Shown: in pieces, positions 28,791 through 37,454 of the stretch | How positions within the stretch are numbered: the first letter of the stretch is position 1 | Layout of the letters: each line of letters begins with the position of its first letter | Assembly (NCBI GenBank): GCA_900549475.1 | Contig: UROF01000004.1 | Coordinates: 55,884-119,883 of the forward strand | From: an uncultured Eubacteriales bacterium | GTDB lineage: Bacteria; Bacillota; Clostridia; Oscillospirales; Oscillospiraceae | Direction: 5' to 3' | DNA: 64,000 nt | Position numbers and translations under genes: made by a program | The notes under the pieces: generated by a model | The model's input: the letters and a program-made list of their open reading frames with translations, nothing else | Databases searched by the model: none | Told to the model about the DNA's origin: nothing

Positions 28791-29870
28791 TTATTCTTCA
28801 ACAGGTACCTGACTGCCAGGTGTGGTGGCACGGGTCAGATATCCCTTCTCCGCCAGTTCCGCATACTGCGCCTCCGCCTGGGCATGGTAGGCTTCGCTCT
28901 TCTCCGCCCATACAGCAGAGAGCTCCGCATCATCCCGACGGTCGGGAACCCCGGCATCCCGAAGAATCTGGCCAAAGTAATCGGACAGCTTCTCCGCTCC
29001 GCTGAGATTCAGGTGCAGGCCCTGATCGTAGGTATCGGTGGAAAAATCCAGCCCGATCTCATCGATGTAGTCCAGGAAGTTGATATAGGTGAGGTCATAC
29101 TGGGCTGCGTAGTCCTCCATCTGCTGATCCCACTCATCGTACCAGTGGGGATAGAGGCTGGGGGCCTTGATGAGGATCAGCTGTACTCCCTTCTCCTCGC
29201 AGAGAAGACGGATCTTGTCCAGATATTCATAGCAGATGTCGGAAAATTGGTAATTGGCCAGCTTCTTGGGTTCAGGAAGGGTCTCTACAGGCCGCACGTC
29301 TGCCCGCATAAGGAATCCGTTGTGGCTGAGAGTGTCCTGGTGGAACAGGTAACGGAAATCCGATGCCGTCAGCTCGCTCCAGCGGCTGTGATAGCGAAAG
29401 AAGGGGAAAATATAGCTGAGGAGGGTCTCGTCCTCCATCTTGGAGGCCATCACCGCCTGGATCTTGTTCACCGACAGGGGCAGATCGTCCAAAGCCATAC
29501 GGTTATAGGCCTCGCTCTGGGGCTTGTCATACTGCATGGACAGTACGTTGAACACCACTACCTGAGGCGTTTCCCGCTCCAGAGTGTCCTTGAGGGTGTA
29601 GTAGGAGTGCCAGATCAGCTGTTGAGGGCTTCCCCGGATATAGCTGGTGACACCGTAGTTCTCCCAAAGGGTGATGGGAGAGAAATTCTCGTATACCTCA
29701 CAGTCCCCCACAAAAATCACATCGTGATCTGTGGTCTCCCGGTAGTACTCCCGCACCAGGGCTCCATCGGGGATGCCGTCCATGTATTTTGGCACCAGCA
29801 GCGCCTGGAGGAGGAAAAAGGCCCCGATCCAGATCAGGGCGATCCCACCCCATTTGCAGATACGTTTCAT
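28791..29870 (-). CDS. dltD: DltD-like / SGNH-hydrolase-fold membrane-anchored protein (MBOAT partner)
   Basis: N-terminal TM helix. Block-I-like VIFVGDCEV and C-terminal DQGLHLNLSGAEKLS (SGNH block V-like). Immediately downstream of the MBOAT gene. Confidence 0.5.
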   Translation of the reverse strand: MKRICKWGGIALIWIGAFFLLQALLVPKYMDGIPDGALVREYYRETTDHDVIFVGDCEVYENFSPITLWENYGVTSYIRGSPQQLIWHSYYTLKDTLERETPQVVVFNVLSMQYDKPQSEAYNRMALDDLPLSVNKIQAVMASKMEDETLLSYIFPFFRYHSRWSELTASDFRYLFHQDTLSHNGFLMRADVRPVETLPEPKKLANYQFSDICYEYLDKIRLLCEEKGVQLILIKAPSLYPHWYDEWDQQMEDYAAQYDLTYINFLDYIDEIGLDFSTDTYDQGLHLNLSGAEKLSDYFGQILRDAGVPDRRDDAELSAVWAEKSEAYHAQAEAQYAELAEKGYLTRATTPGSQVPVEE

Positions 29871-29882
29871 GGATGCTCCTTG

Positions 29883-31475
29883 TCAGAATTGATTATAGAT
29901 GAACTGGCTGGCATCATAGCCCACACCGTAGGCGCCAAACACCAGCACTGCAAAGGTGAGGCCAAAAGCCACCGCGTACCGTGCCGCCTCCGGAGCTCGC
30001 TCCAGCTGCTCCCGGACACTGCCCCGCCGCTGCCGAAGGCTCACGCCCAGCATCAGCAGGCACCCAAGGCCCGCCACGATCCAGTCACCCACGCCTAGGC
30101 CCAGCTCCAGCAGGGAGCCGTCCCACAGAGGCGTGAGAGAGAAGCGGGTAAAGATGGTCCCCACCATGGAGAAAGTGAGAGGCACATCCCGGTAGCAGTC
30201 CAGGGATCTAAGGGCGCTCATGAGCCAGAAGGTCCGTACCACCTGGAACAGCCGCCATCCAAAGGTTGCTCCCACCTTGGGGAAGCGCTCATGGAAGCGG
30301 TGATACAGCGGGGCACACTCCTGGGAGATAATGATGACCACACCATTGAGAAGGCCCCAGACGATGAAGTTCCAGCTGGCACCGTGCCAGATACCGGTGG
30401 CAAACCAGGTAAGCAGCGTGGCCAGATACACCGGCACCCTTTTACCAAGCTCCGGCCCCAGGAGAGCCCGGGACTTCTTGGAGATAGAGAGCATGGGCTT
30501 TGACACAGACACCGGGTAGAAGATATAATCCCGGAACCAGGTGCCCATGGTGATGTGCCAGCGCCGCCAGTATTCCTCAATGTTCTTGGAGAAGTATGGA
30601 CGGATGAAGTTCTCCTTCACCGGCACCCCCAGGGTATTGGCAATACCGATGGTGATGTCGATACCACCGGTGAAATCGGCATACAGCTCCAGAGCGTAGA
30701 GGAACATACCGATGAGGACAAAAATGCCGTCATAGGTCTCCGGCGCGCCGATGATAGCCGTAACAGCGGTGAGAAGCCGGTCGGCCACCACCATTTTCTT
30801 GAAGTAGCCCCACAGGACCCGCTGGAGGCCAAAGGACACCGTCCGGCGGTCAAAGGGATGCTCCTCCAACAGATGGGGGGCCAGGTCATCATAGCGGCTG
30901 ATAGGGCCCTGGACCAGCTGGGGGAAGAAGGATACGAACAGGGCGAACCGGGGCAGGCTCTCCTGGGGAGGATACTTACCCCGGTAGACATCGATCAGAT
31001 AGCCGATGGTCTGGAAGGTGTAGAAGGAAATGCCCATGGGCAGCAGCAGATCCACCAGTTGGAGCTGTCCGCCGCCAAAGAGGGCGGAGATGGCGTTGAT
31101 ATTGACGATGGCAAAGTTGGTGTACTTGAGCACCGCCAGGATGCCGAAGTTCAAAAGCAGCGCCGCCAGGAACCATCCCAGCTTCTTCTTTTTCACCCGG
31201 GCCTTGTAGGCCTTCTTATCCTCAGAGGTGAGGGCTTCCTTCCGGGCCTTCAGATAGGTGCTCTGCCGTTTCTGGAGACGGTCCATCCGCAGGGACGCAT
31301 ACCAGCAGGTCACCGTGGTGACAGCGATAAAGATGAGACATCCCCATCCGGCAAAAGCATAGAAAATGTAACTGGCCGCCAGCAGCAGCATCCACTGGAA
31401 CCGTTTGGGTACCAGGTAGTACAGCGGAAACAGGATGGCCAGAAACAGGATAAATCCAAATGAGGTAAACAGCAT
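29883..31475 (-). CDS. dltB: MBOAT family membrane-bound O-acyltransferase (DltB/AlgI-like)
   Basis: 530 aa, many TM helices, MBOAT conserved region containing the invariant His (WRRWHITMGTWFRDYIF). Confidence 0.75.
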   Translation of the reverse strand: MLFTSFGFILFLAILFPLYYLVPKRFQWMLLLAASYIFYAFAGWGCLIFIAVTTVTCWYASLRMDRLQKRQSTYLKARKEALTSEDKKAYKARVKKKKLGWFLAALLLNFGILAVLKYTNFAIVNINAISALFGGGQLQLVDLLLPMGISFYTFQTIGYLIDVYRGKYPPQESLPRFALFVSFFPQLVQGPISRYDDLAPHLLEEHPFDRRTVSFGLQRVLWGYFKKMVVADRLLTAVTAIIGAPETYDGIFVLIGMFLYALELYADFTGGIDITIGIANTLGVPVKENFIRPYFSKNIEEYWRRWHITMGTWFRDYIFYPVSVSKPMLSISKKSRALLGPELGKRVPVYLATLLTWFATGIWHGASWNFIVWGLLNGVVIIISQECAPLYHRFHERFPKVGATFGWRLFQVVRTFWLMSALRSLDCYRDVPLTFSMVGTIFTRFSLTPLWDGSLLELGLGVGDWIVAGLGCLLMLGVSLRQRRGSVREQLERAPEAARYAVAFGLTFAVLVFGAYGVGYDASQFIYNQF

Positions 31476-31522
31476 GTCGTTTCAGCAGTCCTTGTCAAGA
31501 ATTCCGCCTCTCAGGCAGGGAT

Positions 31523-31759
31523 TCAGTCCTCATCGGACAGGCGCTCCACCAGCTCAAAGAGAGCCTGGGCAGAGTTGAAATTCTCCGGAACGATCTCTCC
31601 GGCAGGGATGGATACGTCAAAATTGGCACTGATCTCAGTGACGATGCTGACAATATCGAAGGAATCCAGTACCTTGTTGTCGATCAGGCCCGTCTCAGAG
31701 GTAAAATCCACCTCGGGATGCAGATCATTCAGGATCTCCAGCAGCTCATCAAAAGTCAT
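31523..31759 (-). CDS. dltC: D-alanyl carrier protein-like (DltC) phosphopantetheine-binding protein
   Basis: 78 aa. LDSFDIVSIVTEI aligns to the DltC attachment-Ser motif LLDSFGTVELL. Size is typical of DltC. Confidence 0.7.
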   Translation of the reverse strand: MTFDELLEILNDLHPEVDFTSETGLIDNKVLDSFDIVSIVTEISANFDVSIPAGEIVPENFNSAQALFELVERLSDED

Positions 31760-31778
31760 GGCGTTGCTCCTTTCTCAT

Positions 31779-33317
31779 TCAGCGGGCAAGGGCCTGTTCC
31801 TTCAGGCTCTTGCGGTCAATTTTTCCGTTGGGGGTCTGAGGCAGCCGCTCCAGGCGGCGCACACTGTTGGGTACCATATACCGGGGCAGCTTCTCCTTGG
31901 TGTAGGCCACCACCTCCGCCGCCTCGGCCTCACCCACATAAAAGAGGGTGATCTTCTTTTTCACGTCGTCAAAGACGCAGCAGGACTGGCTCACTTTGGG
32001 CATCATGTTGGCGATCAGCTCGATCTCTCCCAGCTCGATGCGGTGGCCCATGTGCTTGATCTGGTAGTCTTTCCGGGAGAGGAAAATAAGCTCCCCTTCC
32101 TCGTTGTACCGGGCCAGATCCCCGGTGCGGTAGATGATCTCCGGGTAGGCCTTGTTCAGGGGGTTCTGAACAAATGCCTCCGCCGTCCGCTTGGGATCAT
32201 TGTAGTAGCCAAGGGTCACGCCGGTACCCCGGATGCAGATCTCTCCCACTTCTCCGGGAGCTGCCTGCCGGTCATTCTCATCCAAAAGGAGGATCTCCGT
32301 ATTCCGGAAGGGCCGGCCGATGGGAATGGCCTCATCCAGAGCAAAATCCCGCTTGACCTCGTAGTAGCAGCTCATGCCGGTGGCCTCAGTGGGGCCATAG
32401 AGATTGATAAAACGGGCATTGGGCAGCACCTCACGCCAGAGGCGGAACTGCTTGATGGGGAACACCTCGCTGCCGAAGGCCACCGTGTGCAGGTACTTGG
32501 GCTGCACCTGCTGGAAAGCCCCCAGGCCGGAAACGATGGTCATGGCGGACACTACCCAGCAGATGGTGTTGATCTGGTGGTCGTTGAGGTACTCCACCAG
32601 CTTCACCGGCAGCATAAACAGCTGCTTTGGCACCAGATAGGCTGTAGCGCCGAATTTCAGCGTGGGATAGATCTCCTTGAGGCAGGCGTCAAAGTACAGG
32701 GGCGTCTGATTGCCGAACACGGTGTTCTCATGAAAGCCCAGCACCTCTGAGAGATTTTCGATGTAGTCGATCACAGAGCGGTGGCAGGCCGCCACGCCCT
32801 TGGGCACTCCGGTGGAACCGGAGGTAAAAACGATATAGGCGGGATCGATGTCCAGTGCCTTGTCCCGGATCGAGGTCAGCGCCGCCTCGTCGATCTCCCC
32901 GGCGGCAGCCTCATCGTAGAGGAACACCTGGCCTGACCAGCCGAAGCCCTTCAGAAGCTCCGCCGTCTTGGCGTCACATACCGCGCAGCGGGGATTCAGG
33001 CTCTGGAAGATCAGCTCAATGCGGTGAGCCGGCATCTCCTCGTCCAGAGGGACATAGTGGCATCCGGCGTACAGAACGCCCAGAAATGCTGTTACCGTCT
33101 TGGGGTGGCGGCCCATAAACACCACCACCGGTTCCCGGTAATATCCTGCCCGGCTGAGGGCCGTGCCCAAAGCCCGGGCCTGGTCATACACCTGGCGGAA
33201 GGTCAAAGCGTCAGTACCGTCGGCATAGGCCACCTTGTCCGGCAGACGGACGACCGTATTTTCCAGGTAAGTGAGCAGATTTGTCATCATAGGCGGAGCC
33301 TCCTTCACATTCAGCAT
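31779..33317 (-). CDS. dltA: AMP-dependent adenylating enzyme, D-alanine--carrier protein ligase-like (DltA)
   Basis: 512 aa. AMP-binding motifs (FTSGSTGVPKGV; YGPTE; YRTGDLAR). Length matches DltA. Confidence 0.75.
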   Translation of the reverse strand: MLNVKEAPPMMTNLLTYLENTVVRLPDKVAYADGTDALTFRQVYDQARALGTALSRAGYYREPVVVFMGRHPKTVTAFLGVLYAGCHYVPLDEEMPAHRIELIFQSLNPRCAVCDAKTAELLKGFGWSGQVFLYDEAAAGEIDEAALTSIRDKALDIDPAYIVFTSGSTGVPKGVAACHRSVIDYIENLSEVLGFHENTVFGNQTPLYFDACLKEIYPTLKFGATAYLVPKQLFMLPVKLVEYLNDHQINTICWVVSAMTIVSGLGAFQQVQPKYLHTVAFGSEVFPIKQFRLWREVLPNARFINLYGPTEATGMSCYYEVKRDFALDEAIPIGRPFRNTEILLLDENDRQAAPGEVGEICIRGTGVTLGYYNDPKRTAEAFVQNPLNKAYPEIIYRTGDLARYNEEGELIFLSRKDYQIKHMGHRIELGEIELIANMMPKVSQSCCVFDDVKKKITLFYVGEAEAAEVVAYTKEKLPRYMVPNSVRRLERLPQTPNGKIDRKSLKEQALAR

Positions 33318-33336
33318 ACCTATTTTAAATTACTTA

Positions 33337-34551
33337 TCATTCTTCCGGTGTGGCCGGATAGAGGGAATGGTCAAACTCATGGCTGTTATTGTGGGCCTGG
33401 GAGTAGGCCTCCAGGAAGGCGTCGGTGACCATGAAGAAGTCGTCTCCCTCTCCTACCCGGGGCGTGGCATCAAAGTGATACCAGCCGCTGCCGCAGTCGA
33501 TCAGGCTCCAGTAGTGCATGGCCCTTCCTTCCACATAAGTCTTTTCCACATCAATATTGGGGATGCCCGCCGCTTCAAACATGGCCTTGGCAGTGGCAAA
33601 GTAGACGTAGCAATCTCCGCTGCGCTGGGTAAAGCCCTGGACAGCTGCCTTCTGCCAATCTCCCTTGTCGGAATGGGCCGTATAGCTGATATTGGCACGG
33701 CACCAGTCGTAAATGGCCCTGGCTACCTCTGTCTGGGTCATATCATCAGTGGTGATCTTGTCCAGCACTTTCTGGGCCTCTTCCAAAGCCAGGTCCGTAT
33801 ACTCAGAGGGCTGCGTAAAAGAGAAGTAGGCGGTGGCTTCCGCCGTATTGCCGGAGCGATCCGTGGCCCGGTAGGTCACCAGATAGTCCCCGGCCACCGT
33901 GGGGTTGACCTGGCTGGAATCCACCTCCAGCTCCACATCCTCGTCGTAATCGTCCGTAACGGTCACGCCCTTTTTATATGCCACCGTCTCCCCCAACAGG
34001 ACCTCCTGATCTGTAACGCCGGAGATCACCGGGGGCGTGGTATCCTGGATCACCGTCAAACCAGCTTTGATCTCCGTCTGGCTGCCGCTTTCATCTGTGA
34101 GGATAATGGTCACTTCCTGTGTGCCGGGGGAAGTAAAATCCGGCTCCTGGCCAAACGACACCGTCACCTGAGAGCTTCCGGTTATATTCGTCACAAATGA
34201 CTCCGGAGAGAGGGTATCTACCGTCAGGCAGATCTGGTCCACCGGCGTACCGGAGGGCGGCACCGCAGGGACTTCCTCCCGTGAGGCCTCCCACAGGCGC
34301 GGCAGCATGATCCCCGCCGAAAAACCCAGGACCAGGCAAAAAACGATCAGCAGGAACGTCCTCCCGCCTCCCCGTTTTTTCCGGCGTCTGCGCTTTCCTC
34401 CCCCGGCTACACGACGGCCGCCAGAACGGGACACATACGTCTCTTCGTCATCTATATTTCTGTATACATGATTGGGCACAGAAATCACCGCCCTTTTCTT
34501 TTTATCATCGCGGCGGCTTCCGTCCGCGTACAGAGGCATTCTGTTACCCAA
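33337..34551 (-). CDS. membrane-anchored transglutaminase-like protein with Ig-like (DUF5011-type) domains
   Basis: Basic cytoplasmic N-terminus, one TM helix, tandem Ig-like segments. C-terminal Cys-His-Asp core (GDCYVYFATA; HYWSLID; WYHFDAT). Sits 19 bp upstream of dltA. Confidence 0.65.
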   Translation of the reverse strand: MGNRMPLYADGSRRDDKKKRAVISVPNHVYRNIDDEETYVSRSGGRRVAGGGKRRRRKKRGGGRTFLLIVFCLVLGFSAGIMLPRLWEASREEVPAVPPSGTPVDQICLTVDTLSPESFVTNITGSSQVTVSFGQEPDFTSPGTQEVTIILTDESGSQTEIKAGLTVIQDTTPPVISGVTDQEVLLGETVAYKKGVTVTDDYDEDVELEVDSSQVNPTVAGDYLVTYRATDRSGNTAEATAYFSFTQPSEYTDLALEEAQKVLDKITTDDMTQTEVARAIYDWCRANISYTAHSDKGDWQKAAVQGFTQRSGDCYVYFATAKAMFEAAGIPNIDVEKTYVEGRAMHYWSLIDCGSGWYHFDATPRVGEGDDFFMVTDAFLEAYSQAHNNSHEFDHSLYPATPEE

Positions 34552-34798
34552 ATTGCCTCCCCTGCGACATTTTCAGCACGTAGTATTATAGGCGCAAAAT
34601 AGAAGAAAGTAAAGGTATATTCTGATTACAATTTAAACATTTCGGTTACAGGGATTAGACGTTTCTGGTCGTATTTTTGTTTCCATTTCTAAACATTTTG
34701 GAACTTTTATTCTCATGGTCATCAAATGCCGCATTTATGCATGCTCCCCTTGATTTTTCCCAAATACGAGATATAATTTACTAAAACAGCTCTGGCAG

Positions 34799-35860
34799 GT
34801 GATCCATACAATGGCCACATTGAAAGATATCGCGGCAGCCACAGGCGTATCCATTTCAACCATTTCCCGTATTCTTAACCGGGATGAAACCCTCAGCGTC
34901 CCTCCGCAGACCCAGCAGAAGGTTTTTGACGCGGCCCGGGAACTGGGCTATGTCGCCACTCGCAGCCGCAGTAAAAGCGACAGCAGCCGGTCCGGAGGAC
35001 AGCGGATGGGCATCGCCCAGATGTTCGAGATGGAGCAGGTTCTCCAGGACCCCTACTATCTCTATATGAAAACTGCTCTGGAGCAGGTCTGCTTTTCCCG
35101 CGGTCTGGAGACGATCAGCATGTTTCGGGACAGCCAGGGAGATTTCGCTGTACAGGGAGAAAAAACACTGGACGGCATCTTCGCCATCGGCAGTTTTACG
35201 TCCCAGGAGATCCGCAGCTTCGAGCGGTATACCCACCAGATCGTGTTTGTGGATTCTACCCCTGATGATGAGCGCTACTTTGCCACCGTCCCCAACTTTC
35301 ATTTGGGACTGCGGCAGGCCCTTACCCGGTTTCTGCAGGAGGGCCACCAGCGGATCGGCTTCATCGGCAGCCACTATACCCTTCAGGAGACGCGGGATCT
35401 GAAGCTGGACTCCCGCCTGTATTATTTCCGCAATTTCCTTCAGGATCGCGGGTTATACCAGGAAAAATATGTCCTGGACAGCCCTATGGATTCCCCCTCC
35501 GCCTTTCAGGTCCTTTCTCAGGCACTGGAGCAGTGGGACGCACCTCCTACCGCCCTGTTTATCTCCTCCGACGCCATGGCCAACGGCGTGATGCGGGCAC
35601 TGTCCCAGGCCGGCCTGTCCGTCCCGAAGGATATCAGCCTTATTGCCTTCAACGACACGCCGCTCTCCCAGAACACCACGCCGCCCCTGTCCTCTATCCG
35701 TGTCCTTCAGCATGAGCTGGCGGTAGCCGCACTGGGAGCTATGGATCTGTGCCGTTCCGGTGTAGAGTATCCCTTCAAAACTGTGGTCCCCTGCGTCTAT
35801 GTGGAGCGCGGCAGCGTTGCTGCTCCTTCCGCGGCAAACCAGCAAGTTCCTGTTTTGTAA
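34799..35860 (+). CDS. LacI family transcriptional regulator
   Basis: N-terminal HTH (TLKDIAAATGVSISTISRILN) plus a periplasmic-binding-protein-like sugar-binding domain. Confidence 0.85.
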   Translation: MIHTMATLKDIAAATGVSISTISRILNRDETLSVPPQTQQKVFDAARELGYVATRSRSKSDSSRSGGQRMGIAQMFEMEQVLQDPYYLYMKTALEQVCFSRGLETISMFRDSQGDFAVQGEKTLDGIFAIGSFTSQEIRSFERYTHQIVFVDSTPDDERYFATVPNFHLGLRQALTRFLQEGHQRIGFIGSHYTLQETRDLKLDSRLYYFRNFLQDRGLYQEKYVLDSPMDSPSAFQVLSQALEQWDAPPTALFISSDAMANGVMRALSQAGLSVPKDISLIAFNDTPLSQNTTPPLSSIRVLQHELAVAALGAMDLCRSGVEYPFKTVVPCVYVERGSVAAPSAANQQVPVL

Positions 35861-35884
35861 CCTCATGCCATTCTCTTCCCATTG

Positions 35885-35918
35885 CCTCCGGTATCTTTCC
35901 AGATACCGGAGGTTTTTT
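35885..35918 (+). terminator. terminator after the lacI-family gene
   Basis: CCTCCGGTATCT-TTCC-AGATACCGGAGG followed by TTTTTT. Confidence 0.6.
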
Positions 35919-35993
35919 CGTAAAATCACACAAAAATTATTCGTAAAATTTTACTATATAATTTAGTAAAATTTCTTGTATTTTTGTAAAACA
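35917..35993 (+). repeat. four direct repeats TTNGTAAAA(T) spaced 21-23 bp in the promoter region of the GPH/GH42 operon
   Basis: Copies ttcgtaaaat (35917), ttcgtaaaat (35940), ttagtaaaat (35963), ttgtaaaaca (35984). A -10-like TATATAAT sits among them. Confidence 0.5.
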
Positions 35994-36051
35994 AATGGTA
36001 CCATGAATCTGCAACCAGGCTGGCGGTAAAAATACATGAGGAGGAGAGATC

Positions 36052-37410
36052 ATGAATCAAGCATTGACCTGGAAAACAAAACTCAGCTTCGGCATGGGTG
36101 CCTTCGGTAAAGATCTGGTTTACGCCATTGTCGGCACCTACTTTATGAAATACCTGACCGATGTACGCATGGTGGACCCGCTGTTTGTGGGCGTTCTGTT
36201 TATGGCAGCCCGGATCTGGGACGCCTTCAACGACCCCTTTATGGGTATGGTGGTGGACAATACCCGTTCCCGTTGGGGCAAATTCCGTCCCTGGATTTTG
36301 ATCGGTACCATTCTCAACGCCATCGTCCTCGTCCTGCTGTATCTGGATGTGGATCTGCCTGCCTCGCAATATGCAATCTACATCGCCGTTATGTACATTC
36401 TCTGGGGAATGACGTATACTGTCATGGACATCCCTTACTGGAGCATGGTGCCTGCCCTCACTGACAATGAACAGGAGCGGGGCCAGATCAGCGCCATCCC
36501 CCGGTTCTTTGCCAGCACAGCCTGGCTGGTCGTTGGCAGCGGCGGACTGTATATCGTCAAATATCTGGGTAATGGGGATCAGATCCTGGGCTTCTCCCGC
36601 TTTTCCATTGCCATCGCCGTAGTGTTTGTGGGCACGATCCTTCTCACCGTGTGCAACGCCAAAGAAAAAGTGGTGGCTACCGCCGGCACCGGGGAAAAAA
36701 CCAGCGTCAAGGGAATGATCCGGGTCCTCTTCAAAAATGATCAGGTTCTGGTCGTCCTCGGCATCGCTCTGTTCTTCAATATGGCCTATCAGCTCTCAAA
36801 CAGTTTTGCACTCTATTATTTTGAGTATGTCTGCGGCGTAAAGGAAGCTCTTTTTGCCACCTATACCAGCATTGCCGGATTTGCTCAAATGGGCGCTCTG
36901 ATCGGCTACCCCATCCTGTCCCGGAAGATCAGTAAAAAATATATCTTTATCGCGGCCAGCCTTCTGCCTGTAGCAGGCTTCGCCGCCCTGCTGGTGGTGG
37001 GTTATGCTGCACCTACCAGTATCCTTCTGGTTGGTCTGTGCAGCGCCATCGTCAACATCGGTATTGGCTTTATGCTGGTATTGGTAACTGTGATCCTCTC
37101 TGAGGCGGTGGACTACGGCGAGTTCAAATTGGGGACCCGCAATGAGAGCATCATCTTCTCCACCCAGACCTTTGTCGTAAAATTTGCCGGCGCTTTCAGC
37201 GGCTTCATTTCCGGCGCCGGACTCAAGCTGATCGGCTGGGAAGCCAACCAGGCCGCCTCTGAGGGGACCATTATGGGAATGCGTGTGATCATGATCGTGC
37301 TCCCCGCCATTCTCTCCCTGTTGTGCCTGGTGGTATACAAAAAGGGCTACAAGCTCAACGATCAGTTCTATAAGCACGTCCTCTCTGTCCTCCGGGGAGA
37401 GGAAAACTGA
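36052..37410 (+). CDS. MFS transporter, GPH family (galactoside/oligosaccharide:cation symporter)
   Basis: 452 aa, 12 TM helices, GPH-type N-terminus (DPLFVGVLFMAARIWDAFNDPFMG). Confidence 0.8.
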   Translation: MNQALTWKTKLSFGMGAFGKDLVYAIVGTYFMKYLTDVRMVDPLFVGVLFMAARIWDAFNDPFMGMVVDNTRSRWGKFRPWILIGTILNAIVLVLLYLDVDLPASQYAIYIAVMYILWGMTYTVMDIPYWSMVPALTDNEQERGQISAIPRFFASTAWLVVGSGGLYIVKYLGNGDQILGFSRFSIAIAVVFVGTILLTVCNAKEKVVATAGTGEKTSVKGMIRVLFKNDQVLVVLGIALFFNMAYQLSNSFALYYFEYVCGVKEALFATYTSIAGFAQMGALIGYPILSRKISKKYIFIAASLLPVAGFAALLVVGYAAPTSILLVGLCSAIVNIGIGFMLVLVTVILSEAVDYGEFKLGTRNESIIFSTQTFVVKFAGAFSGFISGAGLKLIGWEANQAASEGTIMGMRVIMIVLPAILSLLCLVVYKKGYKLNDQFYKHVLSVLRGEEN

Positions 37411-37454
37411 ACCTTACATTTCCTATACCTGGCTTCTGAAAGGAGTAATATAGT

